Part shown: piece by piece, positions 24,288 to 37,693 of the stretch
How the letters are laid out: the number at the start of each line of letters is the position of its first letter
Numbering within the stretch: position 1 is the first letter of the stretch
Assembly (NCBI GenBank): GCA_964016885.1
Contig: OZ024740.1
Location: 224,936,001-225,000,000, forward strand
DNA: 64,000 nucleotides
From: Eledone cirrhosa
Taxonomy: Eukaryota
Direction: 5' to 3'
Notes under the pieces: model-generated
The model's input: only the letters and a program-made list of their open reading frames with translations
What the model was told of the DNA's origin: nothing
Database searches by the model: none
Translations under genes and position numbers: made by a program

Positions 24288-25915
24288 AGTCTATCTCCAC
24301 CACCTTGACCTTAGGTCCATTTAGCTGAATCAGAAAATGAAAGAGTAAGTACAATTTTTTAGGTTAACTCCAAGGTATATTTAATCCATCATCCAATTTT
24401 ACATCACCAGCTTGCCTAGAACCAAATCCACTCTGCTGCAACCATTTAGACAAGATATTTTATTTTATTTTCTGAGGATGCTTTATAATTCTCCTGGAAA
24501 GCTGTGAAAAGGCTCATAGGCATTGCTTTTCCTCTCTGAATACACAGTAAGGAAAAGTAAGAGCATTGTGGTTAGAAGGGACTGTAAAACATTCCACGAG
24601 ATCTTGATAACAAATCTTGTGTTATTTTGTAAGTTTTATTAAATAACTACTGTTTAGTTAGCCCCTAGGTTTTTCCTGATCAAGAAGGCCTTATGATCAA
24701 AGACATTCTAGCCATAAACGCACTGCTCATTTGTTTTTTAGGGATAGTGTACTGGGACTACACTACCAAATGTATCCATATTTTAAGATGGTATGTGATG
24801 TGGGGGAGGTTTAACAGCTATTTCTAGCAGTTTAAGTGATCACCTACAACCTCCCTTATTGTGTTAAAACCATGTACTGACATGATGGTTGGATATAATC
24901 CATGAGCTCAGCTGGTCTCACCAGGGGATCTAGCTGGATTAATTGAAACAGTTGATTCTGACAGGAATCACTGGAACTGTTTGCTGACTCTGCACCCACA
25001 ACCTTCTCAGGAATAAGTGGGTGAAGAAGAAGAAGAACTCTATACTCATGCTAGTTACTACACTCCTTTCATTAATAATCATCATCATCCTTTTTAATTC
25101 AATGTTTTCCATGTTGATATGGGTTGATGAAACATTTGTGGGGTAGTTTTTCTATGACCAGATGCCTTTGCTGATGATAAACTATATTTTATAAGTATAG
25201 TATATCAAAGAAAGAATTATATATATATTTCACTGCTTTTCAACGATGACAAACCATCTTGCATATGATATCACATGGTTTTCCACAAATTCACACTCAG
25301 ACACACACACACATATACCAACACACGTCCACACACATGGATGTATGATGATATATAGAGTTATCTATTATATGATGTAATTAGTAGTGGTGGACATTGC
25401 ACTGAAAATATAATAGCTAGAATAAAAACAATAAAGAGGTGTTTTTCTAAATGAAGAGATTTTATATCTGTATGTCAGGTGTGATAGTTCATATCATGGA
25501 AGTAAGACAAGGGCAATGAATATAGTGGATATGCAAATGCTGAAGACAAAATATCTAGAATACACTGCCAGATGAATCATGGATGAGCAGAGATAATAGC
25601 TGAGTATAAGAGAATTCAGATGTCACATACAGGAGAGATGGTTATCCGTGTAACTACAGACAACATGCTGAAGAAGTACCAAGACTTACAAGTAGAAGAA
25701 AATCATAGAAAAGGAAGACCAACAAGACATGATCAGAGGTGGTCAAAGCAAACATGGAAGTGTTAGCCTGTGACATATTAACTCCCTCACGTAATTGTGT
25801 TAACATCTCATATCACACTTGTGCGGCTTGCAGTTGAATTGATTGCATAGCAGCTCTACAGTGGTGTAACTGAAGTATGTATAATCCAATAAATATGATT
25901 ATGTAACATCTGTCT

Positions 25916-25921
<6 letters not shown>

Positions 25922-26007
<86 letters not shown>

Positions 26008-26190
26008 AGAGAGAGAGATCTATATATATATATAGAGAGAGAGATATATATATATATATAGAGAGAGAGATATATAGAGAGAGGGAGAGAGAAAGATATA
26101 TAGAGAGAGGGAGAGAGAAAGATATATATATAGAGAGAGAGAGAAAGATATATATATAGATATAGATAGATAGATATATGTATGTATATG
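25922..26190. repeat. Compound (TA)n/(GA)n microsatellite
   Basis: Read directly from the sequence. Confidence 0.95.
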
Positions 26191-27195
26191 TATTCCTAAA
26201 GTGTAAATTTTTAAAATACTTCTGCTATTGTATTATTTATTAGTTTATAAATACAACCAGTTATTTTGCTGACAAAAAGCTTTACAAGCCATTCATGTGC
26301 TGTGTCATTTATATAAATTTGAATAAATAATATCACCACTCTAAAGTAATTTAATTAAAAAGCTGAAAATTGCATATGTAACAAAAGAGTGTAAAAATAA
26401 TATTTCATGAGTTTACATAAAATTAAATCAGTTAAGCCTAAATTAGATTTGTGTAAGAGAATATAATATGCATTCATACACAAGCATATGTATGTATGTG
26501 TGTGTATATAAATGTATGTATGTGTATTTATGTAAGTATATATATGGGTTTGGGTGTACATGTATGTTTAGGTAACTATAATTTTAGCATATTATATATA
26601 ATTGTATAGTTATCTGCACATACATGAAACAGATTCTACACCTCTTATTGCAAGTTTGTTTTCTCTTTCTCTCCCTTTTTACCTCTCTTTCTCTCCTCTC
26701 TTTCTTTCTCCCTATATATATATATATATTCTTTGCTGTCCTCTCTATTTTTATTCTCTTTTGCCTCATGGTGCCTAACTCTTGTCAACAAGTAGATCAT
26801 CTGCATTTGTTTCCTGTGATCCACAGGGTTCCAGTCATGTAGGTGAAGTAATATTTAACATCATCAATAGTATTAATTTAGATCTAAGCATCGACATTTA
26901 ATACAGCCAACTTACCAGTCTGGTATTCCAGTCCCAACAATGTTTCACTTGTACATCTCATCAGTCCATTATTCCATTTTGCTGCATGTTTCTGCTTAGT
27001 AGTGTTAGTTACATGAATTTCTGCATAAATCAGACCTAATAAATAGCATTTAAAGAAAAATTCTCAGGGGCTTCAGATACAACTACATATCTTTATACAG
27101 TCGAAGACTTCTTCAATACTTTGAACCCACTGGTCTCAAAGATGGTTGACTACATGTTGAGTTAGCTGTATTCTGTCTTGACACTTCTAATAATT

Positions 27196-27380
27196 AATTG
27201 TTTCTACTTTAGGCACAAGGCCAGCAATTACCCAGTGCATTACTGGTACTTTATTTTATCGACCCCGTAAGGATGAAAGGCAAAGTTAACCTTGGCGGGA
27301 TTTGAACTCAGACTGTAAAGGGACGTAACTATGCTGGAAAGCATGGCGTCCGACCCTCTACCGATACTGCCAGTTCACCA
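27196..27380 (-). mobile_element. SINE, same family as 2889..3071
   Basis: High similarity over ~180 bp to 2889..3071. Confidence 0.8.
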
Positions 27381-28174
27381 CACTTCTAATAATTAATACT
27401 GTTGTTCATGCTGACTTCTGCCTGAATGACATTGCTGTAATTTTTATCAAGTTTATGAAATATATATTTTATTCTATTTCTTTATATATATTTGGCAAAT
27501 ATCCTTTTATAATTGATTCTTTTGCATAGAGACCTAGAGACTGTATACATGGCAGAGGGTCAGCGCTGAAAGGGTTAAAACCATCTTAGGGCTCAGAAAA
27601 TATTTACATTTTGTTAGCATGTTATGTCTGCTATCATTGAAAAGAATATACTACAAATATCGACATTTCATATAATTTCTGAAGATTTTTCAAACTTGGC
27701 TGCTATTCATCATCAGCAACAGTTTTATGTCTCATTTAGTAGGCACAGTGTGATTTAGAAATATAGTCACATTGTTTTGATTCAGGTTTTATCCTTTTGC
27801 CTTATGAAGGAATTTAGTAGAGAGAAGCAGTTTGAAAATTCATCGTATACAGATACATACATGTGTGTGCGTGTATATATATATATATATAGATCTTTGG
27901 TGCTACGCAGTAATACAGAAGACCCGCCTTGCCCATGTACAAAGCGAAACCTACAGTCAGTAGGCACCTCTTAACCAAATATACACCCCAATCCACTACC
28001 CCTACCCTATCATCCCACTCCCACCACCACCACCCTCTAAAGTTGGTACCACAACATCCAGTCCAAATGAATGAGATAATGAGATCGAGATCGTGTAGGT
28101 GTCACGACAAAAACACGCAGTCCATGCTGTATTGTGGCCATGTAGGTAACACGGTAAAAAGTTCCCAGTTGCAC

Positions 28175-28354
28175 ACTGTAAATTTGGTTAGTGTTAGGAA
28201 GGGCATCCAGCCATAGAAAGCCTGCCAGATAGTCATATATGAGCGAGACACGGTCACCCGACCAACCTTGCCTCAAGTGGGACAACTCCCGTCTAACCCA
28301 TGCTAGCGTGGAAGATGGACGTTAAATGATGATGATGATGATGATGATGATGAT
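28175..28354 (+). mobile_element. SINE/LINE 3' end with RTE-type (ATG)n tail
   Basis: ttaggaagggcatccagcc...aacccatgctagcgtggaagatggacgttaaatgatgatg. The same end recurs near 10290(-), 32040(+), 42230(-), 46575(-) and 55770(+). Confidence 0.7.
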
Positions 28355-28355
28355 A

Positions 28356-28405
28356 GCTTTCCTGATGATTTCCTTCGAATGAAACAGTTCTAGTCCTGCA
28401 GAAGC
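28356..28405 (+). ncRNA. Hammerhead of the 9881 family with mutated cleavage triplet (GCA)
   Basis: gctttc-CTGATGA-tttc cttc gaat-GAAA-cag ttctagtc ctg-CA-gaagc. The downstream tail to ~28490 aligns with 10025..10090(-). Confidence 0.75.
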
Positions 28406-30432
28406 CATTTATATATTACACTTTGTATATACTCTACTAATGTATTATGTACATTATTTACAGTGGTTACCCCCGATTGGACCTGGGACATACACACACA
28501 CATATATATGTACATATATATATATATATTTATGTATGTATGTATGTATGTATGTACATATATGCCATGCCAGGTTTCTGCTTACTACTGGAACAATGTA
28601 AATCAGTACAACCTGCTTCATGGTCAAGTGATCAGTGACCAATCTAACTCCCCAAAGAGACCCTAGTCTGGTGAGGAGGGTAAGTGTAAACACACAAGTA
28701 CAAAAGCAAGATCTGTTAAAAGGATGGATGAACTTCTGAGAGTCAAGGACCATCCACTCCAACAATGGGTTAAATAGCCTCAACAACCCAGAATTAGCCA
28801 AGCCTAGTGAATACAACACAAAATGGTGGAGGGCAATCAGGGAAGGGTTCCTCCAACAGAAGAAGGCCTTGGATTGGATTGGATATATGTATGTGTGTGT
28901 ATGTGTGTGCATATGTGTTGGGTGTGTGTGTGTGTGCTTATGTGTTGTGTGTGAGTGAGTACATTCATGTGTGTGTGTACGTGTAGTATATTACTGTTTG
29001 TTGCAGGCATCTTCATAGTGAAAATGTTTGAAGAAGACTATATTTGCTTATGTTATTTATAACCAAGGGGTCCTGTAATTTAACACTCCAAGAAGATGAA
29101 CATTATATAACCATACATCTGAACACTCACATTTCTTTTTACATCTGTCAACTTAGCAAGGTTCAAGTTAAAATTATACAAGGTGGCAAATTGGTAGAAT
29201 AATTAGAGCATTGTACAGATGTCTCGTGGTATTTGTCATGATGTTCTGAGCTCAAATTTCACCACAGTCATCTTTGTCTTCTAGAATGTTGGGTCGATAA
29301 AATAAAGTACATGTTCAGGGTGGAGGAATGGTGTGATTGTGAGGGCATTGAACAAGATGCCTTTTGGCATTTGCTTTTTGTGTCCACAAGCCACTATGCC
29401 CTACTTGGGTTGTACACTTAATTCATTGTTTAGTTCAACTCTACTACCTATAGCTGAGCCCACTCTTTACAAGCATTTGTGTTAGCTTTCAAGTTTGAGA
29501 ATGCTTTTCTTCCTTCATTCCATCAGTCTTAGAAACCCCGAAAAGTATCATAGGCACAAACATACCCTTTGTAATTAAACAGTAAAAAAACAAATAACAT
29601 TGAAAATATACAACCTCAAACTCAAGTCTTAAGTGGCCTGCAAAAGCCATGGGCAGAATCCCTCTCCACTGACTAAGCTATAAACAATTGTTATAAAGAA
29701 GCTTTTCAGCTGTTAACCAGTTATACATGTTTGTTTTCTGCCAAGAGTTGTGACCGGTAGATAGTACCAGCAATGGAAAGACCAATGGAAACATGGTTTC
29801 TTTGGTCCAATTTGACATGGTCCACCCCACTCAGCAAGCGAATAAGGTCTGGGATCATATTTATCGATCAGAGTGATCGATCTTGCCTGTGTGTATCCAG
29901 TTTAGAATAGATACACTGCATCTCTAGTTGTCATAAAAGTTGGTGTCAGGAAAGTCATCCGACCGTAATATTTCATCAGAAAGGATTCAATAATGAGTAT
30001 GAAACTTGTCATGTAGCTTGCCAGACTAATTCCCACTGTAACAGGAAAATAGATTTAAGAGGCATATTATGTTGTTGTTGATATCATTTACAAATTTTTC
30101 TACCTACTTTAAGCTGTAATGGATTATTTAGAATCAAATAGATACCAGAAAAAGTTGTTTTTTTGTTTTTTTTAAATATTGCAAAACACCTAGTGCATAC
30201 TTCTTTTTAAAATTCTACATGCAGATATTCAAATTAAAAAATAAACCCAGATCTATAAACCAAAACACACACAGACATATAAATATATACACACACATAT
30301 TTATATATACACATATTTGTATATACACATATCTATATCTCTCTCTCTATATATATATACATATCTATATATGCGTGTGTAAGTATATATATCATCATCA
30401 TCATTGATTTACATCCAAATATATATAATATA

Positions 30433-30500
<68 letters not shown>

Positions 30501-31742
30501 TATATAAATATTATGTGAGTATACATTCATTTGCTCAATAATCAAAAAAGAATATGTTATAAACATATAGCAGTTTATTTTATTATAATTCCCAAGATAT
30601 CATTGGTTATTGGTTATTAGAATAACAAACATATTTTATTGGAAAACAGTTTATAGGAATGTTCATATATATATGTACTTATCTAACTTTAAATATGCTT
30701 ATCTATATAAGTATTGCCAGATTTTTAATACCTTGTAGCTTAAGCTACAAAATATACAAATTTAGATGTAAATATACCCTCTCTGTTAGTGTCTACTTAT
30801 GCACAACTTTTCTCCACAATTCTCTTGAAGCTAAATATGATAACCTAGAAATAAGCATGCATAATTACATTTTTTATTTAATTTTGTCTTTTAGTTTGTT
30901 TTTATTTTTATTTTTTCCCCCGTACAATCAATATATCAATGGAAATGTCTGGATATATATATTTTTCTTTTTGTTACTTATTTATTTATTTAGTTGTTAT
31001 TTCAACAAAAAAAATGTCGAGACTACTCAGTTTTAAGGAAGTTGCCAGCAAAAATAAAATGAAGATGTACAAAAATAAAATAAAATATAAAAAAACGAAA
31101 TCAAGAATTTAAGGAAAATAACAGTAAATAATTCTATTTTTCAATCTTAAGCAAATTACTAGTTTAGTTTCAACAAGTTTCAATACATGAGACTATAACA
31201 ATATACAGTTAGCAATATAGAGAAAACTTTTTCTTATAATTTCTTTGAACCAAGAATTAGAAGTAGGGTACTAAAACTCAGTATATCTTTCCTGTAAAAT
31301 ATGTTATGTTTGCATCACAATTCTAGAGTGAATAAATCAGAAATTATTTCATATTCTCATCCTCTGGCAGAATAAAATGTTTGTCTTTGTCTCGCGAGCT
31401 GAATATAAAAGGATATAGGATATATTCTTCTTCTCCTTACCATTCCCAAGCCACAAAATGTTATAGGAATTGTTTTCTTTTTTTGTATTTAAGGCACACA
31501 TTCAGGTTATTTCTGTTTCTGTATCTATATATTTAGATAATTTTTCCATTTATTTGAGATATACATTATCATCTGCTGTGTCTGATATGTCAGTTAGGAA
31601 GCATTGTGAATTAGTCTCTGTATCCCTGTATGTGTGTATTAGCATATCCTTGAGTTCTTTGTCACTCTCTGAGACCATTTTTGTTGTATGCTTGTTCCAG
31701 CTATTTCTTTTGGTATTTTGTAATGCTAAGGCAGAGAACTGA

Positions 31743-31878
31743 TGGCTTAGTGGTTAGAGCATTGGCCTTGCAATCGAAAGGCTGTGAGTTCAATTCTCAG
31801 ACCGGGTGATGTGTTGTTTCCTTGAGCAAGACACTTTATTTCACATTGCTCCAGTTTACTCAGCTGTAGAAATGAGAT
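31743..31878 (+). mobile_element. tRNA-derived SINE with CORE-like domain
   Basis: A box TGGCTTAGTGG, B box GTTCAATTC, then ccttgagcaagacacttt. Related copies at 51408..51543(+) and ~59400..59510(-). Confidence 0.75.
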
Positions 31879-32899
31879 GATAGGGACTGGGATCCATATC
31901 ATTCCACTGCAAAGTGGTCGTGGAGGTGCCCCCCAAAAAAGCACCCAGCACTCACTGTAAATGAGGTTGGTGTTAGGAAGGGCATCCAGCTGAAGAAATC
32001 AAGCCAGGATCAGTTCCCGTCCCACCCTTGTAAGCAGGGAAAAGCGGACGTAAAATGAAATGAATGAATGATTTGAGGTACTTGTTCCATTTCTCTGCTC
32101 CCTGATTTCAAATCCCACTGAGGTTAACTTTGCCTTTCATCGATTTGAGGTTGATAAAAAGTACCAGTCAAGTACTGGAGGTGGGGGGCGATTCTTCCAC
32201 TATTTATATCCTCTTAACTTTCATTCTCTATCCTTCGCAGGAAGAAACGTACTGTAATCAGAACTGGACAAGAGGTGAGCTCCACCAGGTTTTAAAAATG
32301 CCCTAGAAACACCTCATGTCAATATGGCTCCCCAATGACTCCTCAAGAGTAACATGATCATGCAAGCATGCTATGCATTTTATAATGCTGGCATAACTTA
32401 GATGCATGTAAATCCCAAATTTGTCATGTCTGTTATTTAATTAAGACTGGACAACAAGAGACATTATTGTTGTTTGATTCTACCCCATCTCCACAAATTC
32501 TGCTCTAATGTTATTGTATTCTACTTTATTACGTACTTTTGGTGGTTTCTGGTGTAGAGGATTTTACTTTTGTGCTGCAATCAAAAACCCTTCAGTCTTA
32601 GCTTTGCATCCTGCTCTTCTTAGCCAAGTAGCAAATGTTCCTTGCCTACTTCCTCTGTGTTAAACGTTCTTAGTTATAAGTCATGCTGTTGTTATAGGTA
32701 GGCTTGCTGTTGATTTATCATGACGTTCTGTACATTCTGTAATCCTCTTTTTAGCTTCAATTTTAGCCTTTTCGCAATTACTATTGTTATTTAACATTTT
32801 TATTCATAAATTTCATATCACTTTAGCCTAACTTCTGTTTTGTATTTCTTGGAGACAAAACATTTTTAAAAAATGTTATTTGTATTTTGTGGTTATTTG

Positions 32900-33830
32900 T
32901 TTTAGGTTTCTATGAATATTTATGGGATATTTTCATAGTTGCACAGTGGTTAATTTTATAATAGTTTTCTATTTGTATGAGGTGATATCATACTTCACAC
33001 CCCAGTCAAATATCAGTCGCATGATCATGTTGAAGAATGATCCAATGTATCTTACACAAAATACTTCTGTTTTAAGATTTCAAGAAATAAGAATTGTCTG
33101 CAATGAATCATCTGGATATATTTAAGTACTGCTTCAGACATTCTACTGATAGCACAGTGAAGTTTAGTGAACTAAGCAAGCACCTTCAATAAAAATGTCT
33201 GCTGGCATGTGATATGTTTAACATGAGTATTTGATGAAAAGTAAATTGATGCTATTCAAATATCAGTTGGAGAAAGGTGACTTCACACATTTTTCAAATC
33301 TTCTTGCCACTGGTGATAATAAAGACATACACTTGGAAGAATGAAGTAAATTCACTAAGAAGATTTGAGAAATTATTGAACAAATAAAGAAAAGACTTTT
33401 CTGAATTTTCTCACTTGTAATATCCTGTAAGGCTGACCTGTAGTCCATTTGAATTTTCTATTTAGAATGTAGTTAATGTCGAATGGTTTACATCATCTAA
33501 AGCAAATGCATAAACTGAATTATTTGCACTGCATTTTGATACTTGTGCTGCACTGTAATACCGAAAAGCTAAACAAAACACTAAAGAAAATACTGTAAGA
33601 AACTACAGTTAATCAGTGAAAGAAGTTTGGATGTCAGTGCAAAAGGAAAGATTTCTTACTCTGAAGAAAGAAGCAAATTGTATTATTTCAATGTTCAGTA
33701 CTATATATATCTGTGAGGAGACCTTTTCATTAATGAAAAACATCAAATTCACTAAGGTCAATGAGTAGCCACAATTTTCACACTGATGGTTATTTTTCTA
33801 ATAACTATGAACAACTATTAAATTTATTGT
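32900..33830 (+). pseudogene. hAT transposase relic (SPIN/GTF2IRD2-like)
   Basis: Remnants FSELSKHLQ, KLMLFKYQLEKGDFTHFSNL and the dimerization motif SMFSTIYICEETFSLMKNIK (~33690..33750). Confidence 0.7.
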
Positions 33831-34225
33831 GAAGGCACATGGCTTAGTGGTTAGAGAATTGGATTTGCAATTCCATTTTTACTCACAGAATACATACAGA
33901 CCTCTAGAACAATTTCTTTTATATTTATCATATGATATAATATTCATGTGGTACTGTGGAAAAAACTAGAACATCAAACATAGGCCATTACAAGTTGCTA
34001 ATCACTGCATTTGATTATGTGGGACTCTTCACAGTTCAGCTGTTGGTGATCTCCATCATAAACGTATTCAGTAGACATTATAAAGTGGTTGGAGATAGTA
34101 AAGCCATCCAGCCACAGAAAACCTGTGAAACAAAGGGTTACTAAGGCCCTTCAGCTGCATTATTGATATGACAACCTCCCTAATGTTGGTGCCATGATGA
34201 AATGCACCCATTTCACTGTGTAGTG

Positions 34226-34425
34226 CAGTCATGGGCAACCTGCAGCCCTCAAAGCTTTCTGAATGGCTTGCCTAAGTCACCTAATTGAAATCTTTATGAT
34301 TATTTTGCTCCAACTTTTCATTCATAATTTATCATTTTTACGGTCGAGGAAAACAACATGTACGAATTCTGAAGATGAGCCATATTTCATGCAGCCCACT
34401 TCTCAAAAAAGGTTCCCCATGCCTG
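34226..34425. mobile_element. hAT-type MITE
   Basis: TIRs CAGTCATGGGCAACC and GGTTCCCCATGCCTG, with an 8-bp TSD gtgtagtg/gtgtagag. A related shorter copy lies at 57147..57279. Confidence 0.75.
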
Positions 34426-34955
34426 GTGTAGAGTGTTGAAACATATGTAAGATGCAGGCCTTTATCTTATCTGACACCGTAGTAGCTCACAGTAAGTACT
34501 GATATAGTTCGGGATGACCTGTCCAAACTTTTCCAGAATGGAAAATAGGCATAAAATGATAATGGTGACGATAATATTTATATATGCCTGTGTTTCTGCG
34601 TGTGTGTTTAAGAAGTTTAAAGTTATGAAGTACAGGGTTTGATATTCCAGTGTATCATTTTGTGCAAATATCTTTACCATTGTCATAGGCAGACCCATGA
34701 AATATGAATGAATTGCATAGATGGAAATTGTGTAGAAAACCATTGAAGAGGTTGTACCTGTAATTCAAAGGTTAAACCTTACGATATACTGTTGCATGCT
34801 GAGTCCGCTTTGGAATTATGTTAAAGGTGCACATGCCTATGGAATACTCAGCCACTTGTGCATTAATTCATGAGCTAGATGAGTTGATACACGAATAGAA
34901 GATGCATCACTTACACATCATATAAATTATTATTAAAAAGTACTATTATTAAAAA

Positions 34956-35174
34956 GGCGGTGGATTGGCAGAATTGGAATAAGGTTGGGCACCATGCTTT
35001 GCAGCATAGAGTTACGGCCCTTTATGCTCTGAGTTCAAATCCCGCCAAAGTTAACTTTGCCTTTGATCCTTATGGGGTCGATAAAATAAAGTACCAGTCA
35101 TGCACTGTGGCTGATTTAATTGACTTTCCCCTCCTCCAAAATTGCTGGCCTTGTGCCTATAAAAGAAACCATTA
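34956..35174 (+). mobile_element. SINE (Nin/Deu-like family)
   Basis: ggcggtggattggcag head and the shared central domain. Confidence 0.78.
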
Positions 35175-35264
35175 TTAAAATGTACTTCAGTAGTGAGCAC
35201 TCATTCTCAAACCCATTAACATCACATGGATGTATCTCTATTTCTTCTTTAATTTCTCATACTA

Positions 35265-35300
35265 TTTTCTGAGGGAGGACTAGCGTCCGAAACGTTAAGA
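35265..35300 (+). ncRNA. Minimal type I hammerhead with one extra G in the core
   Basis: tttt-CTGAGG(G)A-ggac tagc gtcc-GAAA-cg-TT-aaga. Stem III is reduced to the palindrome AACGTT. Confidence 0.6.
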
Positions 35301-35390
35301 CTCTTTTCCTAATATATAAAGTGTAAAATGAATAATATATTTCTTCATTGTGCTGTGTTGTTTGCTTTGTTATCTCTGTTTGCCTTTTGC

Positions 35391-35449
<59 letters not shown>

Positions 35450-35666
35450 ATCAAAAGATGGTTAAAGGAGTTCCATGTATTTTATTATGCGCATTTCAAA
35501 AACAAATATCATCATGCAATAACATTTGTGTTTTCATCAGATAAAATAGGAAGACATGATATGGAGGTTAAAAAACACTTGTCGATAGTGCAGTTTTAAA
35601 TCAACATATATCCGATATCTACATTGCTTTATTGTACTACAATATATATATATATATATTTATTGT

Positions 35667-35734
<68 letters not shown>

Positions 35735-36293
35735 AGAGAGAGAGAGAGAGAGGGAGATAAAAAGAGAGTGTGTGTGTGTGCGCGCGTGTATGTATATATA
35801 TATATAAATATATATATACACGTGCATACATGTGTGAATGCATCATTTGATTAGAAAAACCCCAAAAATTAAAATCTTATGCAAACACGAAAGTTTTCAA
35901 TTTTATGGTTTCAACATCATATTTGCAAGTACTGAACTGACTTTTTCTATTGACAATGCATTTAGAAGAAGGAGATATTGCATCTCAGTATGTTATTTAC
36001 AATAAATCCAAAATAAAACTAGATACAAAAACTTCTGTTGATAAAAGTATTTTCCCTCAGCCATAGTGTTGATATTTCACATATGAATTCTTTGAAAAAA
36101 ATCGAGGCATTTTTAAAGCTATATGCTAGCACAATACAATGAAAAATCCGCTATGAAAGACACATATCAGGAAAAAAGTATGTAAAATAATTTGTCTAAA
36201 AAAGAAATCATTCCACATATACATAATCACACAGATATACACACACACACATATATATGTATGTATGTATAGTGTTATTTCCACAACAAATTA

Positions 36294-36353
36294 GCAAACC
36301 ATACTCGAAGACGTGTGTTTCACTGAATGGATTTTCAACCCATGTATGGTTGC
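36294..36353 (-). ncRNA. Degenerate minimal hammerhead with TTGAAAA core
   Basis: Minus strand reads aaccatac atggg-TTGAAAA-tccattcagt-GAAA-cacacg-TC-ttcga gtatggtt. Stem I is long and stem II is weak. Confidence 0.5.
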
Positions 36354-36624
36354 AGTAAGAATGGAAGTGTACATGTGCTGAGTGGATTCTGCGCAATAGA
36401 CTTCGCTATTTTGGTGACAAGGCAGATGATTCAAATAAGACTGATGCTGAGAAGATAATTTTCGTTTGAGTTCATTCTGGGTAAGATGTATGGTTATCCC
36501 GGGTCTTTCCAGTTACATTAGAGATAATTCATAGTGTGGGGCAGCGATTAAAAATATCAGCTCTTGTGTTCAGGCAAATATTATTACGTAACTTCTGCAA
36601 GATAACAGAAACTATCTATCTGTA

Positions 36625-36769
<145 letters not shown>

Positions 36770-37153
36770 TTATAGTATTATTCAATTTCCGTTAGTGTAA
36801 AATCAATTAATTTGGTTGTTCAACAAGAATAAAAAAACCGCTTAGACTAGTGTTTTACTCAATATTTGAATTAATCCAATTTGTAGATTCTCTGGTAGTT
36901 TTACTGTAGGCAAATTTGTTGTAATGCGAGTAGTTGGATGCAAGTTAATTTGATTTAAATAATTAGATATTAACGATCCAAGACTAATATGTAATACATA
37001 CAATGAAACATGTGTAAGTGTTATGCAATGCATTTTATTCCCACTCATCTGGGTTGTGGTATTTTAAATAATAATTTTGTAAATTTCTATATACGCTCTG
37101 CAAATTGTTACACTTGGCACCTATACTGAAACTACCACATGATCTACCAATTG

Positions 37154-37195
<42 letters not shown>

Positions 37196-37290
37196 CTTTC
37201 GTTTGTTTTTATCCTTCTATGTTGTTCACTTGTCCCCCTCGCTTTACGCGATTGCTGGTCCCAATAACTTTTTTTAGTTTATTGCTCGCA

Positions 37291-37341
37291 CCAACCTGAA
37301 GTATCTGATTTTTAATGCGATGAAATACCAATGATGGTTGG
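37291..37341 (+). ncRNA. Decayed hammerhead relic in a ~230-bp island between (TA)n tracts
   Basis: ccaac-CTGAAGT-atctgatt ttt aatgcgat-GAAA-taccaatga-TG-gttgg. Stem I is perfect but A9 and H17 are substituted. Confidence 0.4.
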
Positions 37342-37415
37342 CAAATCAGTGACGAAGGGCTATTTTTACCATATGTAACCCCTGTGCAAACCACGCAGTA
37401 TTCTTCTTTCTTCTC

Positions 37416-37498
<83 letters not shown>

Positions 37499-37693
37499 TT
37501 ATATATATAACGTCCTGTAAGTTGTGTATTGAATATCTTGCAGTATATGTGTGTGTGTATGTATAGCTAGCTGTAGAAATGATGCCTTAAAAGAGTTGAA
37601 AGGGCTCTTCAGTTATGACAGAAACATGAAACCCGCTCTAGTGCTTCAAACTCTTGGTACGAAGGAAAACAAACATTAAATGATAATTATATA

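Noticed and set aside
26930-26970. CTGATGA...GAAACATTGTT on the minus strand
   Set aside because: Neither stem I nor stem II pairs. It is probably a chance match inside a decayed LINE-like segment.
31743-31810. tRNA gene
   Set aside because: A and B boxes are present but there is no acceptor stem. It continues into a SINE body and is multi-copy.
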